A stretch of DNA of 55,692 bases, counting the filler, from Catajapyx aquilonaris (taxonomy: Eukaryota): NCBI GenBank assembly GCA_000934665.2. It is 2 parts of 2 records of this genome, joined end to end, with 100 filler letters (N's around TTAATTAATTAA, not from the genome) between each part and the next. Parts side by side here need not be neighbours in the genome. Positions count along the whole stretch, not along the records: positions 1 to 27,775 come from KZ539265.1; 1 more part is not named here. One strand, 5' to 3'. Below, in pieces: positions 1 to 10,657 of this stretch; within the stretch, counting starts at the first letter, position 1; each line of letters starts with the position of its first letter. The notes below the pieces were generated by a model. The model did not search any database, was not told the DNA's origin, and was given only the letters and a program-made list of their open reading frames with translations. The translations under genes were made by a program, and so were the position numbers.

Positions 1-190
1 CCCCCCCTCTTCGCTGCTCCTCTGACACCTCTGAAGATGTGTTGGGGAAACTGCGAAGAAACAGTCGCCATCTTGGCCAGAGATGTCGGCTGCAATTTTT
101 TTTTTTCTGACTCTCAACCAAGGAGACACGGGATTTGAACCCACATCTCCCGATTGAGAGTCTGATGCGCTACCTCAGAGCCACGCTCTG
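1..190 (-). mobile_element. tRNA-derived SINE-like head and partial body
   Basis: Minus strand reads GTGGCTCTGAGGTAGCGCATCAGACTCTCAATCGGGAGATGTGGGTTCAAATCCCGTG: Pol III A-box-like and B-box (GGTTCAAATCCC, 130-141); no clean cloverleaf. Confidence 0.45.
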
Positions 191-299
191 GTGCAACGAG
201 AGTGTGAGTGTTGGAAGATGCACTTCAAAGAGAAATAAATGTGAAATGAGAGATGAAGTAACAGCGAGAAAGGTCCATAGCGATAAAAAGAAACGGCGT

Positions 300-368
300 C
301 TTCCTTTCAGGATTCGATCCTTCAACCTTCAGGTTACGAAGAGAGAGTCTTAACCACTAGACCACTGC
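300..368 (-). mobile_element. tRNA-derived SINE head or tRNA pseudogene
   Basis: Minus strand AGTGGTCTAGTGGTTAAGACTCTCTCTTCGTAACCTGAAGGTTGAAGGATCGAATCCTG: A-box TGGTCTAGTGG and B-box GGATCGAATCC; stems imperfect. Confidence 0.45.
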
Positions 369-1125
369 GTTACTTCGATACTGACACTCTCTCCAGCATG
401 TACTTATTGTAAAGGAAGGGCGCCACAAAAATAACCATCAATCTCAATGTAGTGTCGTTTGTCAAATAAATCCTCATAATGTATCCTTGTATATTATTTT
501 TCTACGGTAATTTATACCATTCAACAATCACCACAAAATGTTTGATTTCATTTTTAGCCTTATTAGTGTGTTAAATAAAATAATGTGGTAATTTGTGTGC
601 TTCAGTTATATTCCCTCCCCCCTTTTCCATCCTTCTTTTCCTCCTTTAAGTAAAAAAGGCATATTAATTATACAGTTGATCGATGCTCGACTTCAAAAAG
701 GTTGTCAAACTTAAACGCTGACAATTCATGTGACGTCGCTTAATCACACATTTTGTAAATCTCCTGTAATTTATTTAGAGAAGCTGTTTGCCAAATGCAT
801 ATTCAGTGGATCCATGAATTTGAGTTACATACTCTCTTGAAAGACATCTGGATTCCTGGAGACAGGCCATGCCTAATGGCCTCAGTTGCCTCCCGGCTCC
901 TCCAAGCCACAATCAACCAGAAAAGTGGCGGGAATGCTATGTATAAGTTTCGTAATTGAAACTAGCAAATGACGAATAAGCGTTATTTTATTTATATGAA
1001 ACATCAGAATCGTAAGTAACTTAAATGAAACGTTTCCATTGGGCCCACCCATTGTAGTGTACTTAATATACTAGATATATCGGTTTCTTTCTAGTCAAAG
1101 TTCGGCAGATGGATGAACATGCTGG

Positions 1126-3074
1126 TCATCCCCAAACGACAACAACCCAGGCTCCGACCAAGACAAGCAGGAGGCCTAGGAAGGTCACTGTGGACCAGAG
1201 CAAGGTCCGGATTCGAGTGAGTCGTGAGCGAGCAGCGGGTACGGTGGAAGGATTCTGTCCGAGGACGAAGCGACGGACTCCTGCAACGTAGTCCTTCACG
1301 TAGGTGTCCCAGTTGATGAGCGAAGGGTGGAAAGGGAAGCGGGATCTGTCTTCGGGCCTCATCCACTGCCAAGTGCGGTGCATCTGGCTGCACTCGAACA
1401 CCCAGTCCTCCGTTGTGAATATGGCAAAGAGACTGGACATCAAATGCATGCGACGCTGCAGGCGTAAACCACGGAACTTAAACTGTAGAGCAAGAGAAAT
1501 CAATTCCAAACTATATTCGCGTAAATGATTTCCTGCTCACCTTGGCAATATCAAAGAAGAGCGCCGGTATGATCTGAGCGAAGAATCGATGTACGTGGTA
1601 CCGATACTTGGATGCGTAGAACGACGGCGACGGTGGAAGTACTAGATCTTCAGATGGCATTTCCGACAGGGCAGAACGCACGAGGGACAAATACTGTCCC
1701 CAGAAGATAGGGTTGATGGCTCCAGCGGTCATGTGAAGCACCAGAGGATTCTTCTGGATGGAAGGACTTTTGTACAGTATGTGATGAAGGCGCAGGGCCA
1801 CGGCCAGGAGACAGTTGGCCAGGTGATCCACGGGCACCATGTCCGTCAACTTCTTCGGATCGATCAGGACCGCATGCATCACTCCCTGGGCCACAGCAGC
1901 CATAATAGCAGTAGCACCAAAGTGGGACTCGACCCAGCCCGCCTCTGGTTCCTCCGCAGACGACACCACTGAAAAGACTCGCATTAGGGGCAATCCTTCG
2001 ATTGTTGGTGGACATGCCTTACCGATGGACGGGCGCACGATGGCCACTGGCAGCCCGTATGAAACGCAGGCCTCCTGCAGGTAATTCTCAGCCAGCGATT
2101 TGGTCAGAACGTATGTGTTGCACTTGCGACCAATGATTTTGGGCAGCGCCGCCTCCATCTGTTCTTCGTTGCAGCTGTCCATCAAGTCCAGCACCAGCCC
2201 TGGAGAGCAAGGGGCTGGATACACCTTCTCCTTGACAACGCCTGGACAGTCGTGGTTGCAATAGGCGGTGGAGACATACACGAAGGCTCTCAGGTGGGGC
2301 ATGCCCCGGGCAAGGCTGACCATATGTCGCACCGAACCCAAGTTGACGGTGGCTGTTCTCAGAAGCGGGTCGGCCATCCTGACCGAGGCCCCCACGTGGA
2401 AGATGACGGAAACTGACCTCTGCAGTTGGTCCCACCATTCTTGTGACAGCCCTAGGTTGGCACAGGACAGGTCTCCGTCCACTGCCACCACCTTGGAGGT
2501 GCAGTCGGATTGGTCTTTCAAGGCACGACTAAATACCTGCAAGATGAAATATTATATTTCCCTGATATACTTGGAATCGCATAACAGACGTGACAAAGTG
2601 GATCCATAAAATAATATTGTTTGACTTGGTAGTACTATTACGTAAGTGTACTACGTATTTTTCATCGATTTTTCTCCGTATTTTTCAGTGCAAAGCTTGC
2701 CGAGAGGACTTGAAACCTTGCATACTGTTAATTGAATGCACATATGTGTACACATCTGAGGTGTTTCTAGCCTACATAACAACTTGACCTGCAATCAAAG
2801 AAGAAACTCAAAATATACGTATGGTGTATACCCGACTGCTGAGCAATTCTTCCCTCCTGGTTTCAACATCATTTCCATTGCGTGGCCGTATCAGCAGGAA
2901 CACTGTCCCCACATGAAGACATGACCTCAGAATCTTCTCCAGGAGGGCCTTCCCCACAAATCCTGTGGCACCGGTCACCAACACGTCTCTTCCGGACAAG
3001 AAGGTCGGGATGTCTTCAGTGGCCCTTTCTCCTCCAGCAGCCAGTTGGTCACCTTGGATCATTTCAGTGACCAT
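1126..3074 (-). CDS. FAR: Fatty acyl-CoA reductase, copy 1 (513 aa, 4 exons)
   Basis: Exons 3074-2832, 2536-2023, 1968-1541, 1482-1126; GT-AG introns with consistent phases (1542 nt). NADPH-binding VTGATGFVGK, FVYVSTAY, catalytic YVLTK (YxxxK), IVRPSIV, DMVPVD, sterile domain (FPFHPSLINWDTY...GVRRFVL) and C-terminal TM helix. The start ATG (MVTEM) is shared with copy 2; an upstream start is not excluded. Confidence 0.93.
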
Positions 3075-3398
3075 GATTGTCTCTTTGACTAAGCAACCCA
3101 GCACAGTGTGTTTGCTAAGAAGTTGAGAGGCGCTGAAATGCAGGTGTCTGAATGGGCATGGGTATAGTGGGGGGTTCTTACTACGGCGAATGCTATGCAA
3201 TCCTTTTCACAATGATATAAATATTTTGATTTCATTCTTGCAGCTCATCCTATGTGTGTTTAATGCCTTCTACACATGTAAAGAGGATGTTGTAATTGAA
3301 ATGTCCACTTCAGTTGGAGTTTTTTTTTCTGACAATTGGGCAACTTGCATTTACAGCTGTACCTTAGAGTTTTTGCTCTTATTTAAGTTCTTTTTAAA

Positions 3399-3983
3399 CC
3401 CCTTCGCTACCAGCTATACCGCCATCGCTTAGGTTGTCGCTTGCACGCACTCTGAAGATAAGGACAAGATATGTTACAAATAATAACAGCTACAGTGATT
3501 TACGTGTCATATCATACTAACACGTTTTATGGTCTACAGTACACTACAGTCTGCGCTATGAATGTATTGGAGACGATTTTCGTCGCTTAGAAGTCCCTAA
3601 AATTATTTTCACAGAGATAGTCGTAAAAAAAACGAAGTTCGAGTGCTACCGGCCAACGGTTAGTCTGATTTAATATTATGAAATAGCCTATATGGTAAAA
3701 TACACGGAATATCTACATTGAAAACCGTACCAATCGAATTTGCTGAAATCGTGGTACTTTGCAAGAATTAAATCAATACTTATCTGCGGCCGGCTTGCCT
3801 CCGTCACATCTGAAAACTCCCAAACTTATTTAATTTTCAGGAAATGCGACGATTCCAGCAAATTCGTCTGGCACACTTCTCAAGGTAGATATTCTGCATA
3901 CTGTAACATGATTTCATAATTATATCAGCTTAAGAGTTGGCCGGTAATACCTGGCGATGGCGATGTAGCAGGTAGCGAACGGG
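3399..3983. mobile_element. piggyBac-like MITE (CCC...GGG/TTAA) with internal inverted repeats
   Basis: Left TTAAA-CCCCTTCGCTACCAGCTATACCGCCATCGC; right GCGATGGCGATGTAGCAGGTAGCGAACGGG-TTAA (3984-3987). Internal arms CCGGCCAAC...GTTGGCCGG and GAATTTGCTGAAATCGT...ACGATTCCAGCAAATTC are shared with the element at 38302-39010. Confidence 0.65.
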
Positions 3984-4053
3984 TTAATAGTACTGTTGAA
4001 TCCGGATAAAACAAACTTCAAGAGACCGTGGAAAAGGTATGTTATATAACTTA

Positions 4054-4203
4054 AGGCCATTTCACAAAAAAAATGTCGCGCGGCAAACGGCGCGACTTGC
4101 GGCAAATTTTATTGTTGCCAACAATTGGCAACAATAAATATAAATAAAAATTTGCCGCAAGTCGCGCCGTTTGCCGCGCGACATTTTTTTTGTGAAATGG
4201 CCT
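4054..4203. mobile_element. PIF/Harbinger (Tourist-like) MITE, 150 bp
   Basis: ~57-bp near-perfect TIR AGGCCATTTCACAAAAAAAATGTCGCGCGGCAAACGGCGCGACTTGCGGCAAATTTT; 3-bp TTA TSD (4051-4053, 4204-4206); central hairpin ATTGTTGCCAA/TTGGCAACAAT. Confidence 0.8.
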
Positions 4204-5020
4204 TTAGTCTGTTATATAGCCGAATCGTTACGCAACGATAACAGATATTTTTATGCTTTCAATATGGCTGCAATATGCACTTTTAGACTTCATATAGGCC
4301 TACTAAAGAAATCTGTCAAAAATGAAATAAATTATTAGCTCACCCGAAAACTATGCAGGACCTAAAGATCCGAAATTTTCTTCTGCCGTCTCCTTTGTTC
4401 AATTTTTATACCTGGAAAACTCCGGTATATATTCCGACCGATGGGCCAAGAAATGGTCTGTTATACCAGAGGTGAGGTGAAAATGAGTATGTTATGTCAG
4501 GAGTCAAATACACAGGGCCTTATGGAAGCATCCCGGGACCGGCCTTTATAACCAAAAATCTGTAATTGCCGAGACTGTTATATCCGGATTCAACTGTAAT
4601 AAGTACAATGCGTTCGTCCCAGCGTACCCCAGAACAGCAGGGTAACATTTCTCTAACAATATGGCGAATTGGTAAACAAGAATTGACATTGCCAGGTGAT
4701 GGAATCATGAACAAATGAAGTAATGACGGAAAAAATGGGGGGGGGGGGGGTTAAACCTGCGAATATACACATTTTATAGTGGCGCAGAATAGCAATCAAT
4801 CTGTGTCCGGCCCCGTGGACGAAGGATTTCGTAATGGAAAGTAAATGACGAATAAGCGCTATTTTATTTATATGATACATCAGAATTTATATAAAGACGG
4901 GAAGACGGGTCTTCGCAGGTAAAGGAAACGCTTCCATTGGCTCCACCCATTGTACTTAATATACTTACGTCGATACATCGGTTTCTTTCTAGTCAAAGTT
5001 CGGCAGATGGATGAACATGG

Positions 5021-8000
5021 TCATCCCCAAACGACAACAACCCAGGCTCCGACCAAGACAAGCAGGAGGCCTAGGAAGGTCACTGTGGACCAGAGCAAGG
5101 TCCGGATTCGAGTGAGTCGTGAGCGAGCAGCGGGTACGGTGGAAGGATTCTGTCCGAGGACGAAGCGACGGACTCCTGCAACGTAGTCCTTCACGTAGGT
5201 GTCCCAGTTGATGAGCGAAGGGTGGAAAGGGAAGCGGGATCTGTCTTCGGGCCTCATCCACTGCCAAGTGCGGTGCATCTGGCTGCACTCGAACACCCAG
5301 TCCTCCGTTGTGAATATGGCAAAGAGATTGCACATCAAATGCATGCGACGCTGCAGGCGTAAACCACGGAACTTAAACTGTAGAGCAAGAGAAATCAATT
5401 CCAAACTATATTCGCGTAAATGATTTCCTGCTCACCTTGGCAATATCAAAGAAGAGCGCCGGTATGATCTGAGCTAAGAATCGATGCACGTGGTACCGAT
5501 ACTTGGAGGCGTAGAACGACGGCGACGGTGGAAGTACTAGATCTTCAGATGGCATTTCCGACAGGGCAGAACGCACGAGGGACAAATACTGTCCCCAGAA
5601 GATAGGGTTGATGGCTCCACTGGTCATGTGAAGCACCAGAGGATTCTTCTGGATGGAAGGACTTTTGTACAGTATGTGATGAAGGCGCAGGGCCACGGCC
5701 AGGAGACAGTTGGCCAGGTGATCCACGGGCACCATGTCCGTCAACTTCTTCGGATCGATCAGGACCGCATGCATCACTCCCTGGGCCACAGCAGCCATAA
5801 TAGCAGTAGCACCAAAGTGGGACTCGACCCAGCCCGCCTCTGGTTCCTCTGCAGACGACACCACTGAAAAGACTCGCATTAGGGGCAATCCTTCGATTGT
5901 TGGTGGACATGCCTCACCGATGGAGGGGCGCACGATGGCCACTGGCAGCCCGTATGAAACGCAGGCCTCCTGCAGGTAATTCTCAGCCAGCGATTTGGTC
6001 AGAACGTATGTGTTGCACTTGTGACCAATGATTTTGGGCAGCACCGCCTCCATCTGCTCTTCGTTGCAGCTGTCCATCAAGTCCAGCACCAGCCCTGGAG
6101 AGCAAGGGGCTGGATACACCTTCTCCTTGACAACGCCTGGACAGTCGTGGTTGCAATAGGCGGTGGAGACATACACGAAGGCTCTCAGGTGGGGCATACC
6201 CCGGGCAAGGTTGACCATATGTCGCACCGAACCCAAGTTGACGGTGGCTGTTCTCAGAAGCGGGTCAGCCATCCTGACCGAGGCCCCCACGTGGAAGATG
6301 ACGGAAACTGACCTCTGCAGTTGGTCCCACCATTCCTGTGACAGCCCCAGGTTGGCACAGGACAGGTCTCCGTCCACTGCCACCACCTTGGAGGTGCAGT
6401 CGGGTTGCTCTCTCAAGGCACGACTAAGTCCCTGAAAGGTGAAATATAATTATATTTCCCTGATATGGGGGAGGTGTGGTGGCCGAGATGGTAACGTCTC
6501 GGCTTGCTGAGTGGAAGGTCCCAGGTTCGATCCCCGCCTGGGAGTCTCCTTCCACCTGCGTCGGGAGGGTCTCTGACCTGCACCAAGGAGGTGTCTGGCA
6601 ACCTAACCTCATGGGGGACACCACATGGCCCAAACTTTAGACATTGCACCTGCACCCCTGTCCCCTCCCCGAAAATCCCTATCCTTACCTATAATGTCCT
6701 TGATTCCTTGCACAGGTGATTCCATTGCGCAGGTGATTGAAGTTAAACAAATCAGAAAATGGATGGTGGTGTGCCGCCCCCCAAAAGGGCCTAAGGAGAC
6801 TTATCACGGGGTAAAATAAATTTTACAGTATATATAAAACTTGGAATTGCATAACAGACGTGACATCCAGAGTGTGCATCCTTTCAGGTCTGAGGAGGTT
6901 ATAAAACAATAATAGTTTACCGTGGGAGTACTATTAACTTACATAAGTATCTATAGAGATAGGTAGTTATAGGATAGATAGATAAGTTTTATTTCCGTTT
7001 TATGGTTTCCCATCACACGGAAAGACACTCTCACCCTTGTCATCTATATATACATAATTGGGGATGTTTGTGAGTTTGTTAATTTATGGCTTCGCTATAG
7101 AAAATCCAGGGGAAGGCGCACAGCTTGTTGGGGCGTTACATTTTTCGAGGAATTTAATGCCGCATGTTTCAGCTCCCGAAAATGAGCCTAACTCCCACAA
7201 TACGCATATTCCCGAATCTTCTCACTACTCGGGCATCAACAATAACCAACTTAACAATATTACCAAATATCAACATCAATAACAATATTACCAAATATCA
7301 ACATCAATATCAATATATCAACAATTTCTCGTTTTCCAAGTTCGCAATCCCATGGAAATGCCTTTATGCAACAATACCCAGCAAATTAAACCCAGGGTCA
7401 CCTACATGAGTGCCTCCCCCACCTAGACAGGGTATTGTCTCTCCGCCATATTGGAGCTAAATCAGATAGGAAAATTGCATAGGAAAAAAAAACAATTGAA
7501 AAAAACAAAAACTAATCGCTTGCCAATTCCCTATCCTGCAGCATGGGGCGGCCATATTGGAGCTAGATTGCATAAGGACTACGTGAAGACAATACCCGGG
7601 TTAGGGTGGGGGAGGCAACCATGTAGGGGACCCTGATTAAACCATCAGAGGTGGCCGGGGTAGGGGGGTAAAGGGGTCAAAAATTCTAGAAAAAAAAATA
7701 CGTCTGTGCAGTCTTCCCCTGGGCCAACTCTATCTGCATCCCTCTTTTTACACATTCAACGAGCATATGCGACGACTATAGGCTATAACCAATCTATGGG
7801 ATCACAGATATTGACAAACCTTGGCTTGTTGTAACTTATAAGGCCTGCTTTAAGGCATATCGAGTTTCTTTAGGCAACTTTACAAACAAACTTTCTAAAA
7901 TATAATTATGTACCCCTACCTTTACCAGCACCCCAACAGTGCTGGGTAACTTGCTAGTACTATGTATTTTTCCTCGATTTCCTCGATTTCTGTAACATTA

Positions 8001-8360
8001 TCCTCCATATGCTGAAAAAAGTAAAAAAATTGAAGAAATTTTGTGCCTATTTGAGGTTTTTGAGGTTTTTTCGTGCCTAAAAATCCGGACGCTACTCATA
8101 ATACGTATGGTGTATACCAGACTGCTGAGCAATTCTTTCCTCTTGGTTTCAACATCCTTTCCTTTGCGTGGCCGTATCAGCAGGAACACTGTCCCCACAT
8201 GAAGACATGACCTCAGAATCTTCTCCAGGAGGGCCTTCCCCACAAATCCCGTGGCACCGGTCACTAACACGTCTCTTCCCGACAAGAAAGTCGGAATGTC
8301 TTCAGTGGCCTCTTCTCCTCCAGCAGCCAGTGGGCCACCTTGCATCATTTCAGTGACCAT
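5021..8360 (-). CDS. FAR: Fatty acyl-CoA reductase, copy 2 (513 aa, 4 exons)
   Basis: Exons 8360-8118, 6431-5918, 5863-5436, 5377-5021, the same lengths as copy 1, with the same TGATGFVG and YVLTK motifs. Intron 1 is enlarged to 1686 nt (295 nt in copy 1) by SINE and Helitron insertions. Confidence 0.93.
6467..6838 (+). mobile_element. tRNA-derived SINE in FAR copy 2 intron 1
   Basis: A-box TGGCCGAGATGG, B-box GGTTCGATCCCC, AT-rich tail; absent from the paralogous FAR copy 1 intron, which reads CCTGATAT|ACTTGGAATCGC uninterrupted. Confidence 0.75.
7043..7957 (+). mobile_element. Non-autonomous Helitron in FAR copy 2 intron 1
   Basis: A|TCTATATATA 5' end; 3' hairpin TACCAGCAC...GTGCTGGGTA followed by CTAG|T; 5' part (GGAATTTAATGCCGCATGTTTCAGCT) shared with the copy at 51021-51339; contains a 28-bp tandem duplication near 7253-7308. 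Confidence 0.75.
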
Positions 8361-9151
8361 GGTTGTCTCTTTGACTAAGCAACCCAGCACAGTGCAGTGT
8401 GTTGAAGGGCGTTAAAATACTAAGAGTTCTTATACTATGGTGAATGTGAGGCAATCCTTTTTGCAATGATATCAATCACATACTCTATCACTATTTTGAT
8501 TTCCTCATTGCAGCTCATCCAATGGATGTGCAATGTCTCCTACGCATGCTTCTACACATATTATAAGGAGGATTGTGTAACTGAAATGTCCACATCAGTT
8601 GGAGATTATTTTTTTTTGCTAACAAGTACGTAACTTGCATTAAAGTGTATAAAACTGATGCAGACCTGAATACATAATTTTTCAAGATGGAAATATATGA
8701 GGGCAAGAACTGCTACTTTTCCAAATGGAGACCTTCACTATAGGAGTGGACGATGATAAGAACCCATTTTACCAAATAAGTAAACGGCCGGGGATGGCAA
8801 TCTATATGGTACCCTAGCTATAAATATTCGGGTAAGCCACTTAAAACTTTTGATAAAAATAAACAAATTATCCCAAAAAAGGGATATAATGCAATCTTCC
8901 AACTTCAAATCCTCACATCTAAAATCAGTTAAATATCAATCTGTTTCTTCATTTCAGGTCTTCATATCACATCAAGGTTTTGGATATTGCTTAGGGAGAG
9001 ACATCATCTCATTAACTAGCTTGTTACACTTGCGGCTACCTAATATTCCGGTGAAGCGGCAAGTGTAACCAGCGTTCCTGAAGAGAAAGCAGGATTGAAA
9101 GAAAGCACATACACAGCCCACGGACACTTATACTACGTTCTGGCGTTATCA

Positions 9152-9215
9152 CCTGCCGAGGCATTTTGCATCGGGCGCTCTCAGGTGAGCGCCCGATGCA
9201 AAACGCCCCGGCAGG
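9152..9215. repeat. GC-rich 29-bp inverted repeat (hairpin)
   Basis: CCTGCCGAGGCATTTTGCATCGGGCGCTC-TCAGGT-GAGCGCCCGATGCAAAACGCCCCGGCAGG, 2 mismatches. Confidence 0.8.
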
Positions 9216-10657
9216 GGGCGGGTGGGAGTGACCAGACCTTACTTATATGACCGTGCACATACATTAGGGGGGGAATGGTAGTGGTAGCATCTGAAATAAT
9301 GGCAAATATGTAACAACTAGATATCATTATTAAATAACTTGTGCGAATAGGATGAAGAAGATCAAACCCTGCATGTTACCGAATCGAGTCACTCAACATG
9401 AAAGTAAGAAATAAAATTCTCAACTTTTGGATTTCATGTACATGAAGCCACAAAGTGTGTTTAATTGGATACCGTACAAGGAACCATACTTCTTTACAAA
9501 AATTGTTGGTAACAATCGAAAGCTTCCATTGCACCCACCTGCTGCAAAGGAGTCACTCTCAAAAATGTCATTTTTTGGAAGATTTCTCTTTTTCTTTTAC
9601 ATGTAGTAAACAAGTGCACTGGAAGCAGCTATGTACAGGCTCTTTTCTCTCTACACACTAAAACAACACAAACATATGGATTTTTTTCCTGTCATTATCT
9701 GATTTAAAAACAGCATTCACTGAAAACAAAATTCAATCCTTTCACAATGATTCTCTTCTTCCCCAACAAAAAAAATGTACAAAAGATTATCCTATCTCTC
9801 ATAAAAAAAATTGCACAAAGGCATCTTTTCAAGTAGTCATTTTTGTAAGGTGCCACTTATGCCAACGCCGTTGGAAGCCAAGTCACACACTTTCATAATA
9901 CACTGTACTCATCGGGTACACATTGAAGTCCACTTTTTTTTTCCTTTTCTCCTGCTCCCAAATTGAAACAACAAAATAAACAGCATGGGAGGGACTCAAC
10001 ATAAAAATAATAATAACATAGGTGTGTGTCCAAAGGACTTCCCTGAGATTTTCATCAGTGTGCACTCGTATTCCATCAACACTCAAATATCTATTCAAAA
10101 AACAAGAACGAGAAAAAAAAACCACACTTCTTCCATCAGTTTGCACTTAAGTAGTCGCCAGACTCTGGCACCATCATGTTGGATTCAGGTTGCGATCGGG
10201 ACCATTGTTTCGTGACTAGGCATCAATAGAGATTGGGAGGGGGGGGGNNNNNNNNNNGTCCGTTTGGTTAAGTGGAATAAAAAATATCGTCAAACTTAAA
10301 TCATATCAGGAGGGGTCGGTTGGCTGGGATTGAGCTAACACACTAGCACCAAAATATTTCCCTCGCTTTTCCCAGCAAAAAAAAAATCATATTCTTGGCA
10401 CACACAACTCCCACTGTTGGTCCTTCTATTGCAATTGTCCCCTGACTTATAACTCCCTTTTTTCCCCCATTTCATTGCACTAGTTCAACAAAAATTAGGG
10501 TAACTTAAACAAAACGGGCCAACGAAATAATAATAAAAAATATAAATAACAACCGTTGCTGTATATGCACTTAATACAGGTGGGGGAAGACGTATAGAGA
10601 ACTGTACAAAGGCCCAAGTTGGGCGTTTGATATCACAAGTGGGCGCCCTGAAGGTGA

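Noticed and set aside
2808..3200. Longer N-terminus for FAR copy 1 (MHSIRRSK...)
   Set aside because: The upstream ATG and frame are not conserved in copy 2; both copies share MVTEM, which was taken as the start.
3225..3330. Plus-strand acceptor-like TTCTTGCAG block conserved upstream of both FARs (also ~8495-8610)
   Set aside because: The reading frame is not conserved between copies and no partner exons were found; explained by duplicated upstream sequence.
6470..6545. Functional tRNA gene (similar candidates at 120-190, 300-368, 33040-33110)
   Set aside because: A and B boxes are present but stems do not form a cloverleaf; most continue into SINE-like bodies and two are absent from paralogous sites.
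10248..10257. Short N run after a poly-G tract
   Set aside because: Assembly gap in the presumed BCOR 3' UTR; no biological meaning.
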